The notes below the pieces were generated by a model that worked only from the letters and a program-made list of their open reading frames with translations, had not been told where the DNA came from and made no database searches. A stretch of DNA of 64,000 nt from contig OX442314.1 in the NCBI GenBank assembly GCA_949358305.1, positions 24,056,001-24,120,000 on the forward strand, read 5' to 3'. The DNA is from Strigamia acuminata. Lineage: Eukaryota. The translations under genes and the position numbers were made by a program. Shown here piece by piece: positions 14,394 through 28,100 of the stretch. Position 1 is the first letter of the stretch, and each line of letters begins with the position of its first letter.

Positions 14394-16246
14394 TAAGTTG
14401 TTTTTTTTTTAATTTGGTAGAACAAAATGCAGAAAATGTGGTTTTGTGTATAAAAATCAATAAAATAAGAATGGATGACAAAAGGGCAGTCGAAGTGTGC
14501 AGAGATATAATTTAAATTGGCAAAGAAAGAAGTAAATTTGAAATTGATAAAGGTAGGAAAAAATAAACGCCATCTAGTGACGAAATTCAAAACCAAATAC
14601 GACTTCAATCATCGTCTGCTGACAGCAAAATAAAACCTGTTATCCCATGTTTCAAAATGTTTCAAAATAAAATCCCCTGGCAAAAATAAAATCTCCTGGC
14701 AAAAAATCTCTGGAAAAAGTTCCAAATTTACAAAAAAAAAAAAACACAACTTAAGAAATAAGAAATAAGAAATAACCTTATTTATGTGTGTGTAAAAAAT
14801 AAATACCCCATGTCTCATAAAAATTAAATTATAAAAAAAAAATTGGCCCTCTATAGAATTTTCTAACATACTTTATTTATTTAGCGCAAACCCTTGAATA
14901 AAAATGTTTCAATTAAACATCAACAGTACACGAACTTTAAACTTTAGAGCGCTCTTTTTGTCGCATAGCTGCATAATGAGCAGAACGAAAAACCATTGCT
15001 AAGAAATTGTGCCAAGATACTTTCCCTGTCAGCAGACAATTTCCAACCAGGATATTTATCCCAGTCAAGGGCAATATTTGTCACAATCATTTAAATCGAA
15101 TCTTACAGACTCATTTTATTACATTCATAATGAACATAATAAAACAAACACTTCCTTCCACATAATTCAGCTATTTCTAACTTCTTTCACGTAGTATTGA
15201 TTTGTTGTTTCAGCACATATTTTCCAAGTTCTTTATTTTTAATTTTTATTCCAACAAAAAAAAAAAATTAAACTTTATCCACAAGTCCACAAAAAGAGCT
15301 TTAAAGTATTTACAGAAAACATGTGACACCTGGCTCAATGTTTCCAATTGGTTACACAAACCCGCGTGATTCAAACGCCCACCAAAACAAAAATAAATTG
15401 CCTCGTATAAATCCAAATAGAGCTGGTCACGTGGTTGCAGTGAGGTTTGAGTGAGATTAAACTAACTGGGTTGCCACCGACGCTTTGTTCAAATTCAAAG
15501 TAAACAATGAAAGCAGCTGATTCAACAGAGACAAATTGCTTTTGGTTTCAGCACAAACAGTACTGAAACTCCAGCCACGCATAAAGCTTCCTGAATCAAT
15601 AAAAACAAACTTTTTTATAAAAAAGTATTTTGGAATTTAATTGTGTCACATTCCGAAATACTACACCAAACTTGCGCAAAAACCATGACTCAGATGGTGA
15701 CATGGATTACAGAATAATAAGTCCAAAGTTCAAGCAAACACTCAAATATTTTGTTGACCCCGCAAAGACGGAAACTAAACAACAAGCAATGGGAATCCAA
15801 ACTTAATACTGACTAATAGGGATGCGCTGAACAGTAAAAACATCGAATACCAAACATCGGATAGTTACCAAATACGAATTTTGAAATGCTGGTATTTGAT
15901 AAATGAATTCAAAGGTTTTAAGTTTAAAATCGATCTAACATAACATCATTTATTTGTTATTCATACAATTAGTAATTTGCTTCATACCTTAGCAAATTTT
16001 GTAAATTTACCGCATAATTATCGAATATTAAATTTTCCGAATACCGAATAATAATGAAGACGGTATTTATTATCAACACAAGTGCAATGTCAAATGTGCA
16101 AAACTGATTTGTGGCCAATAAAACTAATCATAAATCAATCATCAAACACAAATTTGTCGTAGTGATTTATTCATTGTCACCGATCTACAATATATAGGTG
16201 AATACATGCTCATCCTTACTCGATGCATTTTTTCCAGTGTACCGCA

Positions 16247-19200
16247 ATGAAGGTGAGCGCGTAGAATTTCATCAATCACTAGCTGCATTCAAAAACTAAA
16301 ATATTTTGTGTTTTACTTCAATTTTAAACCAAAAATGACATCATATCCTGTTTAAATCCATGTTGAAACTTAAAATACACTTAAACTAAAATTGTTATTT
16401 TAATTTTTGAATGCAGCTAGTTATTTGTTATTCATACAATTAATATTTTGCTTCATTACTTAACATTACTATTTTCTTTGCAGCGCTTGTGCCTCTTCGT
16501 CGCCTTATTCCTTAATCTACTTGTTCTGACTGAACAAAACCATCACCATCCCCATCACCATCACCACCACCATGACCACGATCATCACCACCACGATTGC
16601 ATTCCGCAGGAGAGTTGCAATAACGTTGCCGACCACACCTTGGGTCGTATCCTATATAAACTGCACAGATTAAAGTAACATTTAATAACTGCATTAATTT
16701 TTTTTATTTGTATAAATATTTCGAAATTTCAGTAAACCTATGCCGTACCCGTCAATGCCACCTTACAGGGATTGCTATATCGATGTACAAGATATAACAT
16801 TCAAGAGAATTGGTCCAGTTTGCAAATCACAAAACGAACGTATATCCATTCTCAAGGCGCGAGCATCGGATGTTAAACTGAAATGTCGGCTTCAACTTCT
16901 ACCGTAAGTGAGGGGGACTTTTTCTATTTTATATTCCAATTCCTACTTCCTTAACCATTTGGTCATAATGGTAAATTTTGTTGAACAAACAAAATCTGGG
17001 GGAATTTTCTTTAGAATTTGTTGTTTATCTGTCAATTCACAAAATCCCTTTCTACACAAAATGAAAAGTACATGGGCCCAACTACTGTGTGACACCGGCG
17101 CCTACTTCAGTTCAATTTCAACACAAAATTGACAAGCATTCTTCTCTTGGTGTTGCAATAAGTTGTTGACAAATTTATTTCACCATAGAAAATGGATTGC
17201 AAAACCCTTAGACTTAAAAGACTTGAACTGGACACTCACAGTAAATAGACTGAAAGTTTTTATCTTATCCATTGAATCTTTTTGTGCATTAAAGCATTCT
17301 TTTCTCCCGAAAATGCATTAATTCACTGGAAAATGCATCTTTTTGTGTGTAAATGCGAGTTTTTTTCTCCAGAAAATGCATTTTTTTGGCTTTAGCAATA
17401 AAATGTACAGTAAAATTGTAATTTTTTTAAAATACGAGAGGAACCCAAAAATAACCGAAATTCTCTTCTGGTGGGCAGGCCTCTTCATAGTACAAGCTTC
17501 TCCTCCTAGGAATCTATCTGTACCAGTCTACCAGCTGGAGTTGTTATGAGACACTAGCTGCATTCAAAAAGTCTAAAACGACTCGTTTCTGTCGTTTCGT
17601 GTTGATACGTGTAACGTCATTCCCCCCACCCTGTAAGAATTCCATTTCATAAAATCGACATCTAAATATCTGAGTACCTGATATCTCCATCTATGCCACT
17701 AAACAAATGTAACTTATCACCCTACCGTACCAATTTATTTACAACACACAATACCACATGATCGCTGAATGAATAAACAGTCAAGTTAAACAATTCCTAT
17801 GTAATTACGCAATTCATTCGTGAAGGCACACAACAGATGGAACACATTACACTATGAATGAATTTTGATTCCCTCAGATCAAAGACGATGCTGGGTTCTG
17901 AATTGACTGAATAACTGAACAGAATGATTTCTGCAGCAGAAATTATTCTCAACTGAAAATTTATCTTTTCTGTTATTGTTTCCACTTGGCAAAAAGGTGA
18001 GCAGAAAAGTAGACAGAAAACCTAGATGTGAATATTCAGTAATTTAATTTGGTAGTATTTAGAAATAAGAGATGCCAGCAATCCGTAAATGCACAGTTGT
18101 GCACAGTTATTCATCAGAATAAACAAAATAAAATGCATTGTTGACTTTAGATTGCACCCACACATTTATAAGATTTCCTCGGTGAACCTGTAGCTACTCC
18201 AGTAGTTACTCCGTAATTTAAACTAAACAAAGCATTTTAAACAACATGTTTAAACTGCTTTTTAAACGGCTTGTCTCGATTAAATTCAAAAATGGCGGCC
18301 GATTTAATGTTTTCAGCTGCGGTGGGTTTGCGCCTGACATTTAAACAAAACATGTTTACCTGCAAGTTGAACATGCATTTGTTAATGCGCCTAGTGAATA
18401 CAATGTACCGTGGGTTAACACTTATTTTTTTTTTAATATTCATATAGGACAAAACTTTTGCTTGACCTAGCTGATGTTACAAACGTACGACGACAAGCGT
18501 GTTTAGCGGGAAATATGATGCGAGATTTAGGAATCCCTACTAAACTCCTTGCATTAGATGCAAAAATGAGTGCCGAATGCACCGGTCTAGGCAAAGGAAT
18601 TTTCGGAAATCAAGAATTAGTTGATAAATACGAACACTCAACAGATGCACATCATGGTCATGGTCATCATGGTCATCATGGTTATCGCGACAAAAGAAGT
18701 TTATTGGGCGGCCTACCACTCTTAGGCGGCGGCCTACCACTCTTAGGCGGCGGCCTACCACTCTTAGGCGGCGGCTTACCAGGTTTAGACGGCCTACCAC
18801 TCTTAGGCGCAGGCCTAGGCGGTCTACCAGGCCTAGGCGGTCTACCAGGCCTAGGCGGTTTACCAGCCCTAGGCGGTCTACCAGGCCTAGGCGGGCTACC
18901 ATTCCTAGGCGGTCCACCAGGTCACGGCGGTCCACCAGGTCACGGCGGTTCACCAGGTCACAGCAAAATTCCGGTTGATTTCTTTCCCAGTGGAAAGCCG
19001 GAGGGAGGTTTATCCAGTTTATTGCAGTTTCCTGATAAAATTTTGAGCACAGCCCAACGACTGGCGGGATTAGAAGGTGAGATTGTTTTCTATTTGAACG
19101 ACGTTCTCTTCAGCCTCACTCACGAAGACGGTCATACCATTGGCAACGTCACCGTCAATGCACTGAAAGCGGCGAATATGAAACACAAGTCTTGCAGAGG

Positions 19201-19366
19201 AGCGCCTCATTTCGAACTCCTCTGTAATTGCCTCATACACCAAAGTCTGTTTCAGGTGATATTTCTTGATATTCAACATATTTTGTTCCCTTGTTACTTC
19301 CATGGTACACATTTCTCCGGTGACGAAGAAAATTGGCGATGGCACGAATGCCAAAAACGTTATTGA
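16247..19366 (+). CDS. Secreted His-rich, Gly/Leu/Pro-repeat protein, about 371 aa, 3 coding exons
   Basis: Exons 16247-16252 (MK|GTGAGC), 16484-16674 (signal peptide RLCLFVALFLNLLVLTEQ, poly-His) and 18448-19366 join in frame (phases 0 and 2). RDKR|S dibasic site precedes LGGGLP/LGGLPG and GHGGPP repeats; Cys-containing C-terminal domain. Confidence 0.85.
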
Positions 19367-19957
19367 CATCCAAGCCAACATTATGATCATGAACGCCAAA
19401 TCTATGTCGATAACTATAAAAAATAGGATGAATATGTAAACGTAGAATTAATGTCAAAATAAAATGCAAAATTATCAAAACGAACTTTCTAAGATTAAAT
19501 TTCATGCGCAATGTGTGCGTATCAAGCAGACGTGGAAAACAACAACGCACAATTAATTATGCACTTTTTGTTTCAATAAAACTCCAGCATGTGAATTCAT
19601 CCAATTCCAGATGTTTTTTTTAAAACTTGAATCTTGATACTGCAGCGTTTAATTAGCTGGAAAACAACCCTCAAGAAACCATCACCTGATAACAGCCAGG
19701 TACCTATCTTGTTCAGACGAACCGCAGCTGCAGATGACATCAATTAAGTTTACCCAGTTTGGTCGCTTTTATGTAATTTCAGATATGTTTTAAAGTAAAA
19801 TTTCGGTTTATACCTTCAAATATCTACTTCTAATGGTACCCATTATGGTTTATTTGTCCCGGTATCCCGGAAATAAAAACTGTTCAAAGTAGAACTACGT
19901 TGCAAAGAGGTTGTTTGTTGTGTTTATATTTTTATTTCGAGTTTCGACTGGTCAGCA

Positions 19958-21547
19958 TGTGACGATTACCTTCTGGAGATAGCAATTGCTAAACTAAAGT
20001 GTGAACTATCTGTGTGAAAGTGTAAAATATGCAAACCTGATGTTTTCTCAAAACATATAACATTTATTCCGGTTTGAACCTTATATAAATACTATGCCTA
20101 CAAGTGGCTAAAATGACGAGAAGTTAAACTATACAGTTGTTTGGCAAAAGCCCTGAAATAATATCATTTGAAGGCTTCAGTCATGCAATAAGAATTTGTA
20201 ACGGTCTTATTGCTGTGACGTAAAAGATGTCATCTATGAATGGCTTTGGCTTCTAAATGGTCCGGGGTTTGGTTCTAAAAGGCGTGTAAATGGTTAGGCT
20301 GGGTGGGTTATATCCGAGAGGTGCGGTTGACTTTTCTGTATCGTCACACACATCGCATCGCAGATAATTGTTGTAATCAATAATTACCGCGAGATGTAAC
20401 AATGTGAGAATAAATATTCATATTAATTCTATGGAATTAATCATGATATTTTAGAGTCACAAACTTAACTAAAACTATGAAAATAAGTAAAATATATTAA
20501 AATAGCGCCGAGCTATTTTTTGCCCCGAGTGCAATCAACATCTAAGTTAGACTTAAATGTTCCGTCAAACCAATAACGAATTGAATCGAAATATCTCGCA
20601 GGAAAGGTTATCCATCGCCGGGAAATTACTCCACTCGGTCCTGGCTGGCGGGAGAGTAACCGGGAAATTACTCCGCGTCGATTACTCTGATAATGCGTCT
20701 GTGAAATATAAATACTCCACTCTAGATTCTACATTACCAATGCGTCTGTGAATTTTACTCCACTCTAGATTCTGCACTCTACAACGGAATGTTGGCATGA
20801 AGCTGGAGGGAGTGCGTCTGTGGGTTGTACCCCACTCTAGATACTACACTTAAATGTGTCTGTGAATTACTCACTCTAGTTACAACATTTCTACAACGGA
20901 ATGTTGGCATGAAGAGGCGGGCAGTGTGTCTGTGAGTCTTCTACCCACTCTAGATACTTACACTAAATACAAAGTATTTCTACAACGGATTGTCGGAACG
21001 CAGAGAAGTATAATATGTGCTCAAGTAATATCAGTATCAAACAAAAACAGAACAAGAGCGAGCTATATCCGTTTTGCAGGGGGATATATACTCGGTGAGG
21101 AGAATAGCTGTTCAGTGATCCAATGGGATCACTGGGCAGTCAAATCCATCCAATCCTAGGTCATAGGAAGTGGATACTCAGGACATAGTCTTCTACTAGG
21201 TCCAAAACAGGAACTGGATACGCAGGACACATTTTGGATTAAGTCCCTTTGACTATAATCCAAAAGGAGTCCAACTCACAGTGGGTGATGGGGGGTGACT
21301 TCACCAGGTGTAGAGTTTGCACATAATTCAATAGAATTATGTGACAAATAAATCAACTAGCATTTGAACATCCAAAAGTATTTAAAAGTGTCTAAAGTTG
21401 CAGTGGAATAAAATATAAATAGTAATTTATATTTTATTCACTCAAAAATTGTCGAAATTTGAATTTACCGCTAAAACGCATCAGCGCCATCTATTGGTGA
21501 AGTAATCGTCCTATACTAACAAAGTGCATGACAGTGTAACCGTCACA
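19958..21547 (-). repeat. Gypsy 3' LTR
   Basis: Direct repeat of 32360-33949 (offset 12,402); the small ORFs in both LTRs translate identically. Adjacent PPT (minus AAGGGGGACT) at 21548-21557. Confidence 0.97.
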
Positions 21548-22203
21548 AGTCCCCCTTAAATATATGTTAATACCTGTATTAACATACTATTTATTCCGAA
21601 TATCTTGAGGATCAAGACCACACTGTCATCTAGGGGACTCGAGCTGTAATCCTTGGTAAGCAAAAACCTTTATTTTATATCTTAATAGTATAAATAAAGA
21701 GTATTTCTTAATCAAATGCTTCAAAAAATATTTATTAAGGTTATAAAACTTTCAATTATCAATAATAGCTTCCATCTCTCTTTACAGGTGGACTTACAAC
21801 TGCATCAAGAAAAGGCGATAACTTAAACTAACATCAAACTCTTGTACCAAACAAATGATTAATAAAATTTAACAATTATTTTCACAAAACTTAACTTCTC
21901 ACTGGAAATATAATGATTTGCAAAATAACACTTTACACGTTAAAATTCAAGTATTAAAATTAGTATTCATTTAAACAAACTCACATTGACTCGTAATCAA
22001 ATTTTAACAAAATTGTTAATTTAAATATTAAAGATCTTTGAATTATTCACAAAAACGGCATAAAATACACCTGAACCTGACTAAATCTTTGTTTCAACTC
22101 GGGTCAAGAAATGGAGATGGAGAAAATGGACTCGTTACTTCTGGTCTTGCCTTAAAAGGGAAGATATCGGGAAAGTAACGGATCCCGACATCGTTGACGC
22201 TTT

Positions 22204-23847
22204 CTAGTCCAACTCTTCATCCTCAATAAATCCTTCCATGGATGTAACAACTTCCGAGACGGCTGCGGGTGGAGAATTAAGTTGAATAGCTACCAATTCC
22301 GGTACTACATCTGTCTCAACGTCATGGGCCAGGGGATTCAGGAGCATTCTGTGTTGTTCCTCGGTGAATACTTCCAGGGGATCAGGCCCTCCTAACGGAA
22401 TGGTGTTAGCGCTGGTTGGCTCGGAGAAAACCAAGTGATGGTCGGGTAAGCCGGAGTGCCATCCCTCACGAATCAACGGGTGTGCTGCTGCTGAGACCTG
22501 TTGCAAAATCTTACACCAAATAAAAGAGCGAGTTTGAAAAGATTCCGGCCGGGATGGATGGAAAATCCATTGGATCACGGCCAGTGGCACGCTCAAATCT
22601 GGAATTCGGTCGTTTGAAATCGACACACTAATACGCTTAGCTGCTTCCAATAAAATTGGGAAATAATGTTCCACTTCCGCCTTAGTTTGCTCCGTGAGCG
22701 ACATGTCTGGTCTCGGCATATATGGGTGGACCAGTAAAATAACCGGTTCAGCAGCGTGGCTTGCTTCTGGGAGCGGGATAGTCGCTACAATCATGTTGTT
22801 AGTCGACGTTCCCTCTGGAGAAGCGGCGGCTTGTGGACCAGAATCGGATGCAACCGGCGGAGAATCAGACGCAATAACTGACGTTGGAAGGTTTTCTGCC
22901 GAGGCAACTGGAGTTCCATCAATCGCAGGGGTGGGAGTTTCCGGCTCGCGTTGTGGCTCCGTAAATCCTCCTCGTGGAGTCGAGGTGCTGGACATTTGTG
23001 CCGGGTCTACATAAATAGCCTGCTCCGGGCCCTGGTGGATGAGGCCACATTCGCGACACATCGCCCAATTGCGTGCTGTCGGCGTACTTAGCCCCTTGAC
23101 GATAAATGGAAGAATTTCTTCATTCCACATGCTGGATATGGCAACGCGCTTACCACCGTGACAGTTCACGCAGACTACGGCGTGAATGCCGGATAACAAG
23201 GACGACAACCATCCGCATCCTGCGCACAATGGGCAGAACATCAGCTTCGACTTTGGCATGATGTTAGTCCCCAAGGCGGCAGCTTCCATATCTCGAAATA
23301 CGTGTTCTCTTCGCTGCTTCCGGTAACTTGGCAAATTTAGCTCCGATATCGAACGAGCTTGCGATGTTGGGCGGGTCAGCGCTTCGGATGAAGATGCCAA
23401 CGTGGACTTGGTGGGTCCTTTGGATTTGCCAGTCTTGCCTCGACTAGCGGTATCACGCGGATTTCGTGGTCGGGCAAACTGCCTGCTGGTAGCTGGAGGC
23501 GGAGCTTCTTCAACCGATTCTTCTTCTTGTGAGAAGTCATCTTGGCGCCGTCTCCTCGAGGCAGAACGGGAGTATTGTGACGAGTCGTCAGAAAAATCCC
23601 AATTCGGCGCATCATAGGTTACAACACGCTGACTAGCTTGACGGCCTCTGGAAGGACGCGAGTCGGTCGGGCTAACACCCATGGCGGTCCTAATTCGTGG
23701 CGGTACGAGATCCGGGTTATCACGGGCCCAGTTGGCGACGAGCTCGGGGTCAGAGGAGGGATTAACAAAGCGATAATCCGTCTCTTCCGATTCTTCTGGA
23801 TCCCAATGCACGTACTGTCGCTTGCTAGCACGACCTCGGCGACTCAT
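22204..23847 (-). CDS. Third ORF of the Gypsy element (547 aa), not Env; Arg/Ser-rich N-terminus and Cys/His cluster
   Basis: Intact long ORF between pol and the 3' LTR, same strand as gag-pol. No signal peptide or TM anchor seen. CPLCAGC...CVNCH...CRECGLIH. Pyrimidine tract and AG just upstream of the ATG. Confidence 0.8.
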   Translation of the reverse strand: MSRRGRASKRQYVHWDPEESEETDYRFVNPSSDPELVANWARDNPDLVPPRIRTAMGVSPTDSRPSRGRQASQRVVTYDAPNWDFSDDSSQYSRSASRRRRQDDFSQEEESVEEAPPPATSRQFARPRNPRDTASRGKTGKSKGPTKSTLASSSEALTRPTSQARSISELNLPSYRKQRREHVFRDMEAAALGTNIMPKSKLMFCPLCAGCGWLSSLLSGIHAVVCVNCHGGKRVAISSMWNEEILPFIVKGLSTPTARNWAMCRECGLIHQGPEQAIYVDPAQMSSTSTPRGGFTEPQREPETPTPAIDGTPVASAENLPTSVIASDSPPVASDSGPQAAASPEGTSTNNMIVATIPLPEASHAAEPVILLVHPYMPRPDMSLTEQTKAEVEHYFPILLEAAKRISVSISNDRIPDLSVPLAVIQWIFHPSRPESFQTRSFIWCKILQQVSAAAHPLIREGWHSGLPDHHLVFSEPTSANTIPLGGPDPLEVFTEEQHRMLLNPLAHDVETDVVPELVAIQLNSPPAAVSEVVTSMEGFIEDEELD

Positions 23848-25156
23848 TGCATCTTCAAGAAAATATAAATTTTATTTGAGAACATGAATCAACCGTCGGA
23901 AATTAATTTAATTTCAAATTAAATTAATTGTCGACCAACAACTGGATTAATTTCATAATTAATTCTTAAGTTCCCTTGTTAGCGTGTTTCCTCCATTTGT
24001 CGAATAATTATTAAGATTAATAATTATTCTCGACTTGGCATATAATTTCATTTTATCGTTTAACACAATATCGCTGATAAAATATTCAAATTAGTGTTTA
24101 TTTAATGAAATAAACCTAATTTTTGTATCTACACGACATAATAACTAAAAAACATATAAAAATATTTAAAAAAAAAATATTTTTGTAAGTGTTTTTTAGC
24201 ATCCGACAATAGTCATTTTACATGGTTTTAATTGTACGAATAATTCCACAATTCGTCCGAGTAAATAATTTACTACCGACATCTGGTGGCGTTTGCCCCT
24301 ATCATACACGTGACTTGTTAACCCATGTCTGCTCACCAATTTCCAAGGAACTTAAGAGATATTTTATCTTTCAAAAAATAAACACTTACTAACTAGGTGT
24401 AGTCCTAGAAGGGTATACTTGGCTAGTTTAATGTCTAGCTTCACGTATTTGCGAGGGCTGCTCGGTTCCGGCGATGTTGGCCGATAAAAACGTTGTGCGG
24501 CGCGTGCGAATTCTAAGTCCGCCGTAATGAACGCTTAACCAAAATAAATGTTGTCAATTAATGTCAAAATATTATAAATTTTGACAAAATATTGCTTAAA
24601 TATTTACCGGGAATTCACTTAGTGAGTTCGTGAAAGGCTTACTCGCGATTTTGTCCACGAGATGGTTTCGATAATCAGCGTCGTGTCGATAATTTCTGAA
24701 TTTGAACTGATATTTGTCAAATGAAAAAATCAGTAAAATAAACGATAAGTGTTCAAAATCATCTAGATTTTAACTCACTAAATTTCAGCGAAAATCCGTT
24801 AAAGCGTCGAAGGGTCGAGAATAATCCTTGATTTCAGTCCAGTACAAAACTTGGCGAACAAGTGAGTGATAATCTCAAACCAGGGGTTAAGGGGAGTTTC
24901 GAGGAGTAATTTGATTGGTTTGTAATTACTCATCTCGAAGTTTCTATTAACCCAAAGGGGGAAACACAGTTTCAAGTAAATGTTTACACGTAGATTAATT
25001 TGAATACAATCAGCTTGTGTAAAAAATAACTCAAACATTTGTTAAATTTTATCCACATCAAAAAAAAAATGTTTTTAATTAATAAAATTTAACAATTCTT
25101 CGTGAATATGATTGGAAATATTTATTTAAAATAAAATATTTTCAATATATTGTGTC

Positions 25157-28100
25157 CTAACCCAACTTGACTTGTTTTAGACAATTTACGAGTTGTACAA
25201 AATCGGTCACGTATTTTGTGTTCGGCTTGGGTCTACGTTTAGACTGTCGAACGGGAGATGGAAATCTTTTCCTCTTTTTGGATGAATTTTGAGGAGTTTC
25301 GTCCTCTTTAGAAGAAATCTGAGAAGTTTCCTCCTCTTTCTCTTCAACTAAATCCTCTGTTTCCATGGACACAGGTTCATTTATTAATTCTGAAGAATTA
25401 ATAACCTGACCTGCCATCCAATCTGGAGTCGGGTGTGATTCGTTGGTACCGACTTTCTGATCTAATGTCCATTCCTCAATCGGGTAACTTGGGATATAAG
25501 GCATTAAATCCTGTATGTTGATCGCTTTTGCTTTCGTGTTATCAGAAAGCTTACGTAGTGTGTAGGAACCTCCGCCGAGAACAGCCGTAATTTCCCAAGG
25601 TCCATCACGTTTCTCAGCGAATCCTGCCGAAATCCCTTTATCTTTATTTGATAAAATATGTGTGGCTTTCCACACGAGATCTCCTTTGGCAAATTGACAA
25701 ATATAATATTTGTCTTTATGTAGTCGATCATGCTTTTCGTAATTCGATTGAATTTTCCGATGCATTTCGCTGTGTGCACGTCTAATTACGTCTAAAATAC
25801 TATAGACATAAGCTTCGGGATTCTCTTTGTCGAATTTGATGGCGTGTTTAGTAATACGCGGGTCAAATGGCAAAGGGACGATTCTTCCCGTATTAAGAAT
25901 CATCGGTGAACAATTTGTTGCCTCGGACTTAGCGGTGCGCATCGCAAAGGCAAAAGAATTTAAGTATTTTGGCCAGTGGGAGTGAATGTCCGAGTATAAA
26001 GCTAACATCATTTTTAAAGTCCTGTTAGCCCGCTCTGTAATATTAGCGGCAGCGTGATATGGGCTAATGTGAGCAATATCTACGTGATTTTTTCGACAAA
26101 AATCATTAAATATTGTTGACACGAATTGTTTGCCGTTGTCGGAGATTATCTTTTTTGGATATCCCCAACGGTGGAAAACTTCGCTCATTTTATTAACGAT
26201 GCATTCACTTGATGCAGTCGCTAGTGGGAAGACTTCAATCCATTTTGTACAATTATCAATGATTACTAAAATCCATTTTAATTGTGAACGACCGGCTGGC
26301 TTTGGTCCCATCAGGTCAATGCTTATTGTCTCCCACGGGTTGGTCATGTTGTGGGGTGTATAGCTTGCCCGATGCTTTTGGTGTTGGCTAGGTTTGTATT
26401 GTTGGCAATGAGTGCAACTGCGAACGTAGTTTCGAGTGTCTTTGCTCATTCTAGGCCAGAAATACATCTGTTTTGCTCTATCTAGGGTTTTGCTCATGCC
26501 AGCGTGTCCTGTAAGTGGGTGGCCATGGCATGCGAATAATGCACGTCTCACGAGAGAGCGTGGAATTACCGCCTTAAACCCGTTGCCAGAGTCGTTTAAC
26601 TCTTCCTCATCGGTCGGAGCAAAATAAATTAGCATAACACCTTTATTTTCTTCCGGTTCGTCGAGAGTGTAGCCACGAATCGCGTTTAACCAATGTTTAT
26701 CCGTGACACGATTTTTTAATTTTTCGTCTCCTTTTAGGTAAACAAGGATTTTACTACATGCTGGATCTTTAAGCTGCGCTTCGATAATTTCGTCTCGCGT
26801 CGGCGGAACTACTTTTAGGATATCTGTTAGCGCAGTGTGTACATTTTCGTGATTACAATTGTGGACATCTATATGTCTGCAATTTTCTCTTGTACATCCT
26901 TCTTCCTCCCCCTTTTCTCCAGAATCATGAAATCTAACTGGATTATATGATTCTGAGAAAAAGTCTAAACTAAGGCCAACATTTGTAAGAAAATGTTTGC
27001 GCTCAGTTTCCGTCACTTGTAAAGATGCACACCTGTTTCCATTCCAAGTTGGATAGAAATGGGTGATCTCCTCTGGTTCGATATAATCATAATCCGGAGT
27101 GTCTAGTGCAGACAGTGGAGCGCGTGATAATGCGTCCGCTACTTGGTTCATTGCGCCGCGTCTAAAAATAATTTTAAACGCGCCACATTGTATTTTGACG
27201 GCCCAACGACCAAACCTTCCGGATGGTTCCGGCGTACTCATCAACCAGCTAAGGGCTTTAGCATCGGACTCGAGAGTGAAAGTCGTGTATTCTATATATG
27301 GGCGAAATCTTTCGATTGCCCATACAACGGCCAAACACTCCAATTCCGGCGTAGAATACCTTACTTCGGCCCCGTGCAACACTCGACTGGCGTACGCGAC
27401 TGCCTTTGGAACCATGATTAATTTCTGTTTCTTTTCACAGAATAACTCGACATCTTGGCAGAGTACTGCACCTAAGCCTGAATGAGAAGCATCTGTCAAA
27501 ATGACAAAAGGCTTATTCATATCTGGCATGTGGAGAAGGGCCTGGTCCTTGTCACACAAAATATCTTTGATAGTTTCGAATGCAGTTGTTTGTGGATCAT
27601 CCCACACAAACTTTGCTTGATCATGCATAATATTGGTCAATGGACGAGCAATATTTGCGATGTTAGGAATAAATTTTCGGAAAAAATTCGCAAGTCCTAC
27701 AAATCTTTGAATGTCTTTAGAGCAAGTCGGTTTGGGAAAATTCCTTACAGCCGAGACTTTGTCAGGGTCTGGAAGAAGAGATCCCTCCGAAATTAAATGG
27801 CCTAAAAATCGTAATGATGTTCGACCAAATTTTGACTTGTCTTTATTGATAGTTAGATTCGCGGCATCCAACTTCTCAAGTACGTCTTTAATATGTAATA
27901 AATGATTTTCCCATGTGTCGGAAAAAATAATTATATCGTCTAAATAGACCAGAGCATGTTTATATAAAGAGTCACCCAATACGGTAGTCATGAGGTGTTG
28001 AAAAGAACTAGGTGCATTACAAAGACCAAATGGCAATCTCTTGAATTGAAATTTGCCTTTTGGGGTGTAAAAAGCAGTTTTGCTCTTATCCTCCTCCTCC

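Noticed and set aside
18540..18953. Antisense Arg/Val-rich repeat protein
   Set aside because: Reverse-strand shadow of the GLP repeats of the plus-strand gene.
20557..21159. Duplicated small genes (64 aa and 77 aa ORFs, repeated at 32959 and 33328)
   Set aside because: They are incidental ORFs inside the two identical LTRs.
22204..23847. Retroviral-like env gene
   Set aside because: No N-terminal signal peptide or C-terminal TM anchor; composition suggests a soluble, partly disordered protein.
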